Source: Candidatus Nanohaloarchaea archaeon
GTDB taxonomy: Archaea > Nanohalarchaeota > Nanosalinia > Nanosalinales > Nanosalinaceae
Length of the DNA stretch: 13,345 nucleotides
Direction of reading: 5' to 3'
NCBI GenBank assembly: GCA_046497485.1
Contig: JAWOFP010000061.1
Coordinates: forward strand, 1 to 13,345
Of the stretch, positions 8,552 to 13,345 are shown piece by piece. A program made the position numbers and the translations under genes. The notes beneath the pieces were generated by a model. It was not told where the DNA came from, ran no database searches, and was given only the letters and a program-made list of their open reading frames with translations. Position 1 is the first letter of the stretch. Each line of letters starts with the position of its first letter.

Positions 8552-8857
8552 CTAAATATAGATGATAAACTCATCTCCCAGATCCTCATCAAAATAAGGC
8601 CTCAATTCATCCAATACTTTTTCAGGCCTAGGAAAACCATTTAATTGGAAAATTCCATTATGTTCTAGCTCCGAAGCCAGTTTAAGGAAGTCAGTATCAC
8701 GAGTAACTATAACCGCATCAAGTTCAACCGCATGATTCAAATGAAACCTGTCAGACTTACCAAGGCCTTCTTCACTCATATAGAAAACTTCGAAATCCTC
8801 TTCCTCCAGTAAATCACCTAATTCAGGATCAATATGCTCATCTAAATAAAACTTCAC
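8552..8857 (-). CDS. DUF5615 family PIN-like toxin (VapC45-like)
   Basis: MKFYLDEHI, GKSDRFHL, AVIVTRDTDF motifs; GTGA overlap with the upstream DUF433 gene. Confidence 0.9.
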   Translation of the reverse strand: MKFYLDEHIDPELGDLLEEEDFEVFYMSEEGLGKSDRFHLNHAVELDAVIVTRDTDFLKLASELEHNGIFQLNGFPRPEKVLDELRPYFDEDLGDEFIIYI

Positions 8858-9084
8858 GCAGTCATCTCACCGCTTAACTGGCGGCGCACCTCTTTCGGAT
8901 TCTCATAATAATAAACCAAAGCCGCATAAACATCTCGCTCACTTACATCCAATTTCTCAGAAATCTCCTCAGGCTCAAGCCCTCTCTGCTCATAAAACCC
9001 AACAACATCAACAACTCTAACCCTAGTATCCTTAATCCTAGGCTTGCCATCAAAGACATCCTGAGTCGAAACAATCCGCGACAT
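8854..9084 (-). CDS. DUF433 family antitoxin (VapB45-like)
   Basis: IVSTQDVFDGKPRIKDTRVRV...EEISEKLDVSERDVYAALVYY signature; ATG at 9084 is at the conserved promoter spacing. Confidence 0.9.
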   Translation of the reverse strand: MSRIVSTQDVFDGKPRIKDTRVRVVDVVGFYEQRGLEPEEISEKLDVSERDVYAALVYYYENPKEVRRQLSGEMTA

Positions 9085-9091
9085 AAACAAA

Positions 9092-9122
9092 TTATAGAAC
9101 TCAAAAGTTAAATCAATAATCC
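9092..9122 (-). promoter_or_regulatory. Copy B of the 31-bp TA-associated element; probable leaderless promoter of the DUF433/DUF5615 operon
   Basis: GGATTATTGATTTAACTTTTGAGTTCTATAA; TATA-like TTTAAC 22 nt before ATG 9084; identical to 12384-12414. Confidence 0.8.
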
Positions 9123-9137
9123 CGGAAAAACAGGCCT

Positions 9138-9518
9138 CTATGAAATTATGCTTCTTGCAGACTCTGCAAAACCCTTAACATCTTCCAAATCTGATTTAAA
9201 CTCTTCTAACTCAAAATTAACCTCCAGCTCATAATCAGCCTGATCTCTTTTCTGCTGCAGCCTTTGAAGAAGTATAGCTTCTTCCCTCTCAAACAACTCT
9301 TTATCATCGTAAAGAACTTGGAAAACTCTATCCGCCGTACCTCTATGAGTCTTAGCAACAACACCCTCAGACAAAAGAGCGGCCTTAGCTGCATAGAAAA
9401 GACCATAATAAAGCCTGTTATAGAGAGCTCGGACCGAAACATTAGAATCCATCATCACTTCAACATCCTCAATAGCCTGATCTGAAAGATCCATAAAATC
9501 TTCAGGCTTATCAGACAT
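9138..9518 (-). CDS. HEPN domain protein (UPF0332/COG1895-like), pair 2
   Basis: YNRLYYGLFYAAKAALL..G...KTHRG and RDQADY motifs; ATG 9518 overlaps the MNT stop (TATGTCTGA). Confidence 0.9.
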   Translation of the reverse strand: MSDKPEDFMDLSDQAIEDVEVMMDSNVSVRALYNRLYYGLFYAAKAALLSEGVVAKTHRGTADRVFQVLYDDKELFEREEAILLQRLQQKRDQADYELEVNFELEEFKSDLEDVKGFAESARSIIS

Positions 9519-9825
9519 AAGCCTCACCAGTCTTCTCAACCTCTCTCACAAAAATACTGTCTCTAACCGACTCAAACTCCTCTACAGTCTTCACCACAGG
9601 AACCATAAAAACCCCGAACTCAACATTTACATCAAAAGCCAGTTCCTCAAGAACTTCCTTATCACTCTTTTCTTTCACAACTGCAAAGACATCAACATCA
9701 CTGCCCTCATTTTCTTCACCACGAGCCACAGAACCGTAAAGAACCAATTTCTCCAGAGACTCACCAAGCTCTTCCTCAGCTCTCTCAACGAATTCTTCAA
9801 AGGCCTTTCTCTGTTTAGATGCCAT
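9511..9825 (-). CDS. Minimal nucleotidyltransferase (MNT) antitoxin, pair 2
   Basis: LYGSVARGEENEGSDVDVFAVV = GS-X10-DXD motif. Confidence 0.92.
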   Translation of the reverse strand: MASKQRKAFEEFVERAEEELGESLEKLVLYGSVARGEENEGSDVDVFAVVKEKSDKEVLEELAFDVNVEFGVFMVPVVKTVEEFESVRDSIFVREVEKTGEAYV

Positions 9826-9833
9826 CGAATTCC

Positions 9834-10199
9834 TTACTCCGCTACTTCTTTGAATTTTTGTATAAGTTTCGAAGCTTTTTCCCTCATACTATCCTTATCA
9901 AACCCGATTTCTGCTTCTGGATTATAATCTTTCTCTTCTCTTATAGTCTTCAACTGAGAAAACAGTTTAGCCTCTTCCCTACTTATGAATTCCTCATCTT
10001 TGTAAAGTATCTTACCAACTAAAGTATCAGTACCGCTGTGAGTCTTTGGTTCAAAACCTAGAGATAGAAGAGCTGCCTTCGCCGCATAGAAAGACGAGTA
10101 ATAAAGTGAATTCCAGTAACCTCTATCAGATAATCCTTCAACACTAGTATCAGCAAACGCCTCTTCAGACATTTCTAAATACTCTTCAGCCTCAGACAT
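9834..10199 (-). CDS. HEPN domain protein (UPF0332/COG1895-like), pair 1
   Basis: WNSLYYSSFYAAKAALLSLG.EPKTHSG and REEKDY motifs; ATG 10199 overlaps the MNT stop (TATGTCTGA), same geometry as pair 2. Confidence 0.9.
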   Translation of the reverse strand: MSEAEEYLEMSEEAFADTSVEGLSDRGYWNSLYYSSFYAAKAALLSLGFEPKTHSGTDTLVGKILYKDEEFISREEAKLFSQLKTIREEKDYNPEAEIGFDKDSMREKASKLIQKFKEVAE

Positions 10200-10503
10200 A
10201 GGCCTCACCCGTAGACCTAACCTCTCTACCATAAACAGTATCCTTTACATTCAGATACTCCTCTTCAGTCTTGACAATGGGCGAAAAAGAGACTTCATAA
10301 TCCAAACCGGTTTCAAAAGCCAAATCTCTCAACTCTTTCTTATCTTCTTCAGAATCTACGACTGCAAAGACATCAACATCGCTTTCCTCATTTTCTTCAC
10401 CACGAGCCACAGAACCGTAAAGAACCAATTTCTCCAAAGACTCACCAAGCTCTTCTTGGGCTTCCTCAGCAAATTCTTCAAAGGCTTCACGATGCCGACT
10501 CAT
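10192..10503 (-). CDS. Minimal nucleotidyltransferase (MNT) antitoxin, pair 1
   Basis: LYGSVARGEENEESDVDVFAVV. Start moved to ATG 10503 from alignment with the paralogue and the 22-nt promoter spacing. Confidence 0.92.
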   Translation of the reverse strand: MSRHREAFEEFAEEAQEELGESLEKLVLYGSVARGEENEESDVDVFAVVDSEEDKKELRDLAFETGLDYEVSFSPIVKTEEEYLNVKDTVYGREVRSTGEAYV

Positions 10504-10510
10504 AGATAAC

Positions 10511-10541
10511 TTATAGCACTCAAAAGTTAAATCAATAATCC
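10511..10541 (-). promoter_or_regulatory. Copy C of the 31-bp TA-associated element; probable promoter of the MNT-HEPN-MNT-HEPN operon
   Basis: 30/31 identical to copies B and E; TTTAAC 22 nt before ATG 10503. Confidence 0.8.
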
Positions 10542-10885
10542 CACAGATAACCTTGGATACTGCTTGAAGGTTCGAACGGATCATCACCTACTCTAGGAGG
10601 CCTGTAAGATACTTCATCCAGATCTAAAACATCTTTCTCCAGATTTGCTTCCTCCACTAACTCACCCGCACCAGCATAATCTCTGAACACTAATCTTCTA
10701 TCAAACTCGGAAGCATCAATATCTAGATCAAGAGCCTCAAGGCCTTCAATTAAACCGGTATGAACACTGAAATAGTAGTCATCTAGAAACAAGTTATCCT
10801 TTTCAGACCTGTCATACATTCTCCAAAGCTGATCAATATACTGATGAACATCGACAACATCTTCAACCTCTGGAACATCCTCCAT
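10532..10885 (-). CDS. Acidic hypothetical protein (117 aa)
   Basis: SD-like GAGGA upstream of the ATG; stop codon lies inside repeat copy C. Confidence 0.8.
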   Translation of the reverse strand: MEDVPEVEDVVDVHQYIDQLWRMYDRSEKDNLFLDDYYFSVHTGLIEGLEALDLDIDASEFDRRLVFRDYAGAGELVEEANLEKDVLDLDEVSYRPPRVGDDPFEPSSSIQGYLWDY

Positions 10886-10896
10886 GCTAAATCCTC

Positions 10897-11409
10897 TTAA
10901 TTATCACTCTTGAACGGATTGCTTTCAACGATTTTAGAGACTTCATAGAAGGCCTCCTGACCATCAACATCGTAATGTAACTCGTTTTGGGCGTCAGGAT
11001 AATGCTCTTCTGGGCCTTCATACAGCCACTCTTTAACAGAATCTAAGTCGGCGCCATCTTCAAAGTTGAAAAGATCAATACCTATATCATCTTCACTATC
11101 GGAGATAACCAAGACAGAATTATCATCTTCATATAGAAATGAAGAACCTCTAAAGCCCTCTATGCCTTGTGAAAGTTCAAACCTGGACTCGCCTGCGACT
11201 TTATTCAAATAACTAAATAGAGAACTGAATGACTCTCTAGGACTATGACCTGTATCAGACTCATACCCGGTTTCTCCATCAGACTCATATCCAATTACCT
11301 TTTCTTCATCAGGCATGAACTCTTCGGAAACACGGTGATTTTCCTCAAACCTGCCTAATTCCACATTTCTATTTGGTATAAAATTCCAAGGTATATCGCT
11401 GTTTTTCAT
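10897..11409 (-). CDS. Acidic hypothetical protein (170 aa), local paralogue family
   Basis: SD-like GGAGG upstream; ~54-aa ungapped similarity to the 8011-8433 product. Confidence 0.85.
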   Translation of the reverse strand: MKNSDIPWNFIPNRNVELGRFEENHRVSEEFMPDEEKVIGYESDGETGYESDTGHSPRESFSSLFSYLNKVAGESRFELSQGIEGFRGSSFLYEDDNSVLVISDSEDDIGIDLFNFEDGADLDSVKEWLYEGPEEHYPDAQNELHYDVDGQEAFYEVSKIVESNPFKSDN

Positions 11410-11425
11410 TAGTTTAAATCCCTCC

Positions 11426-11581
11426 TTAGTCGAGTTCAGACTCTAAATAAGACAGAGCTCTCTGAATTTCATCAACATCACCGAATCTTGAATCCCTAAC
11501 AGGATTAACCAAGGCCTCTACCAAGGTCATTCCCTCATCCATATCAAAGGCTTCAGAAGGTTCTGGAAGATTTGTCGCCAT
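11426..11581 (-). CDS. Small acidic hypothetical protein (51 aa), below ORF-track cutoff
   Basis: MATNLPEPSEAFDMDEGMTLVEALVNPVRDSRFGDVDEIQRALSYLESELD*; TTATAAA TATA box ~24 nt upstream; followed by the SD of the next gene. Confidence 0.7.
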   Translation of the reverse strand: MATNLPEPSEAFDMDEGMTLVEALVNPVRDSRFGDVDEIQRALSYLESELD

Positions 11582-11641
11582 AACAGTACAGAGACCAAAA
11601 GAATATTTATAACTAATTAGTAACGAAGATTTACAACTTTG

Positions 11642-11674
11642 AAGTTAAATCAATAATCTCCTAGGCAAAGAACC
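11642..11674 (-). repeat. Partial copy D of the element; 33-bp direct repeat with 12397-12429
   Basis: AAGTTAAATCAATAATCTCCTAGGCAAAGAACC versus AAGTTAAATCAATAATCCTCTAGCCAAAGAACC, 30/33 identical. Confidence 0.85.
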
Positions 11675-12141
11675 TAACTCTCAGATATCTCTAAAACTTT
11701 ACGGTAAAGCTCATCTGATATATAGAAACCCGAATTTCTCAACGCATCCATCTCCTGCTCCATATCTAAATCTGCTTTCATTAGAAGCCCTATAACTCCT
11801 GTAACTTTCAAGCCATGATTTTTAGCTTTCCTACGGCCTTCAGACTCATCAAGCAACACCAAATCAACATCATTCTCTACAGCATACTTGATACAGGCAG
11901 ACTCCCCTATATCCAGAGAATTCCTTAACTCAAAAAAGAAACTATCTTCCTCAACTTCAACAAAATCTAGCGAACTCTCAAACATCTGTAATTTCTCTTT
12001 ACCTCTGTCACCATCCATCAACTCTTCCCAAACCTGTTTAGGAACAATAACTTGGTCAAAATAATCATTGAGAATGTTCAACCTATCGATAAATGCCAAG
12101 TTCAATAGAACAGATGTGTCAGATACACTAACTTTTTGCAT
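11674..12141 (-). CDS. DUF3368-containing PIN-domain toxin (VapC-like)
   Basis: VSDTSVLLNL, VPKQVWEEL, LDIGESACI, LLDESEGR, VTGVIGLL, GFYISDELY motifs. Confidence 0.92.
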   Translation of the reverse strand: MQKVSVSDTSVLLNLAFIDRLNILNDYFDQVIVPKQVWEELMDGDRGKEKLQMFESSLDFVEVEEDSFFFELRNSLDIGESACIKYAVENDVDLVLLDESEGRRKAKNHGLKVTGVIGLLMKADLDMEQEMDALRNSGFYISDELYRKVLEISES

Positions 12142-12376
12142 AACTCAGATCATCCTTCAAATCCTCATCAGTATAATGCCTTTCAACCTCTCTATCACCT
12201 AAAACACTGTGAAACTCCTCTTTCGACAAACCAGCTAATTCTCTAGCTTTACCAAAGCTTAATGCACCTCTCCGATACAATGAGACCGCAAGCTCTAACC
12301 GGAGAGCCTCATCTTTCTCATCATCAGGCAACCTGATCGAATCAAAAACATCCTCAGGAATAACAACATCAGCCAT
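12128..12376 (-). CDS. UPF0175 family antitoxin
   Basis: LRLELAVSLYRRGALSFGKARELAGLSKEEF...HYTDEDLKDDL signature; overlaps the downstream PIN gene. Confidence 0.92.
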   Translation of the reverse strand: MADVVIPEDVFDSIRLPDDEKDEALRLELAVSLYRRGALSFGKARELAGLSKEEFHSVLGDREVERHYTDEDLKDDLSYAKS

Positions 12377-12383
12377 AAATACA

Positions 12384-12414
12384 TTATAGAACTCAAAAGT
12401 TAAATCAATAATCC
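12384..12414 (-). promoter_or_regulatory. Copy E of the 31-bp TA-associated element; probable promoter of the UPF0175/DUF3368 operon
   Basis: Identical to 9092-9122; TTTAAC 22 nt before ATG 12376. Confidence 0.8.
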
Positions 12415-12491
12415 TCTAGCCAAAGAACCACGCCCCTGATATAACAGGATTATATCCAAAAGAGGAAATCTTACTCAGAGAATTTAGATTT

Positions 12492-12547
12492 GGAAAGAAA
12501 AAGAAAAGAAGAAATAAGGAAAATGTGAAGAGAGGCCTTAAGGCCTC
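12492..12547 (-). terminator. Probable terminator of the S-layer gene
   Basis: Perfect 16-bp palindrome GAGGCCTTAAGGCCTC (12532-12547), followed on the minus strand by a long T/C tract, starting 27 nt after the stop codon. Confidence 0.65.
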
Positions 12548-12573
12548 AAATCTGGAACTTAGGGTCGAAGATT

Positions 12574-13345
12574 TTATTCTACGACTTGTCCAGATTCTGT
12601 GCTGATTGTAACCTGCTGGTTACCTTCAAGGTCTCCCTCATTGTTACGGTAATCAGCTAGGAACTCTCCAGCTGCACGTGTGTCTTCGCCACTGTAACCA
12701 GCAACGATCACTGCGTCCTGACCATCCGCGAAAGCGTTTGGTACATGCTGAATAAGTCCTTCTCCTTCAGTGTACTCATCAGCAGACCAAGTATCTCCTT
12801 CATCTGCTAACTCAGCAACTAAGCTGTTAACTGAAGGTCCACCAACCAATACCAGGTTGTCACTGTTCTGAACCTGTCCAACATTGCTGTCAGAGTCAAG
12901 AACTCCATCGGCATAGTTGTAAGTTGGACTCATGCTTGTAACTGATCCAGATCCTCCGCCTTCTGCGGAAAGAGCTCCGTCTTCTCCTGTGAACGCCATT
13001 CCAGATGTGGACTGTGCTCCAGGAACATTCAGTGTGAACGATTCTTCGTCACTGTCTTCAGTGTCGAATTCTCTGTAGGCTCCGTACTCATCGTAACCTA
13101 CTTCGACATCTTCATCGTCCATGTCGTCAACTTCTTCGTCGCCTGTGTATGTGGATGCGATGTCAGCAGTGTTGTCTGCTAGATCGACTTCCCAGACGTA
13201 TGCTTCTTCATCGTCGTCATCGTTCTCAGGCTGAGTGTAAAGTACACCAGGTTCTGCTTCGTTGTTTCTGACTAGGTCGACTTCCTCGTCAGTTCCTGTT
13301 GCCTCTACTTCGTACTGTACGAAGTCAGGTGTCTGAACTTCGCTG
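12574..13345 (-). CDS. S-layer protein, C-terminal part (S_layer_C-like domain); 5' end outside window
   Basis: Frame is open to the right edge. NLVLVGGPSVNSLV...GEGLIQ...AVIVAGYSGEDTRAAGEFL is typical of Methanococcales/DPANN-type S-layer C-termini. Strong TAC/AAC/TTC/GAC codon preference suggests high expression. Confidence 0.85.
   Translation of the reverse strand, partial: SEVQTPDFVQYEVEATGTDEEVDLVRNNEAEPGVLYTQPENDDDDEEAYVWEVDLADNTADIASTYTGDEEVDDMDDEDVEVGYDEYGAYREFDTEDSDEESFTLNVPGAQSTSGMAFTGEDGALSAEGGGSGSVTSMSPTYNYADGVLDSDSNVGQVQNSDNLVLVGGPSVNSLVAELADEGDTWSADEYTEGEGLIQHVPNAFADGQDAVIVAGYSGEDTRAAGEFLADYRNNEGDLEGNQQVTISTESGQVVE

Noticed and set aside
4267..10022. Track ORFs 4267..4509(-), 5894..6076(+), 9206..9442(-), 9264..9485(+), 9819..10022(+)
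   Set aside because: Shadow frames overlapping well-supported genes.
10504..10587. N-terminal extension of MNT pair 1 in the track (likewise HEPN starts at 10232 and 9539, DUF433 start at 9090)
   Set aside because: Extensions run through the promoter element or the upstream gene; paralogue alignment and conserved spacing support starts at 10503, 10199, 9518 and 9084.
8512..12429. CRISPR array or classical integron attC interpretation of the 31-bp repeats
   Set aside because: Spacing is 0.6-1.4 kb and gene-filled, with no cas genes. ATTTAAC fits RYYYAAC, but there is no long attC-type hairpin with L boxes and no intI in the window.

Overview
AT-rich window with strongly acidic proteins and archaeal gene organisation, most consistent with a halophilic DPANN archaeon (Nanohaloarchaeota; this is an inference). 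Left to right it holds: (1) a large secreted S8 subtilase (minus strand, >=1334 aa, runs off the left edge and is missed by the ORF track), with about 8 CARDB/Ig-like repeats and very dense N-x-S/T sequons; (2) a GC-rich, nested base-paired intergenic element of about 130 nt; (3) an orphan soluble histidine kinase-like gene; (4) minus-strand acidic hypothetical genes, four of which look like distant paralogues; (5) four toxin-antitoxin (TA) pairs: DUF433/DUF5615-PIN, two MNT/HEPN pairs and UPF0175/DUF3368-PIN; (6) the 3' part of an S-layer protein gene. The most striking structure is a 31-bp element (minus strand GGATTATTGATTTAACTTTTGAGTTCTATAA). It sits at identical spacing before the ATG of three unrelated antitoxin families and recurs as full or partial copies just after each TA operon, so the TA modules look like direct-repeat-bounded cassettes. 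The palindrome AGGCCT is also heavily over-represented (about 46 copies by hand count).
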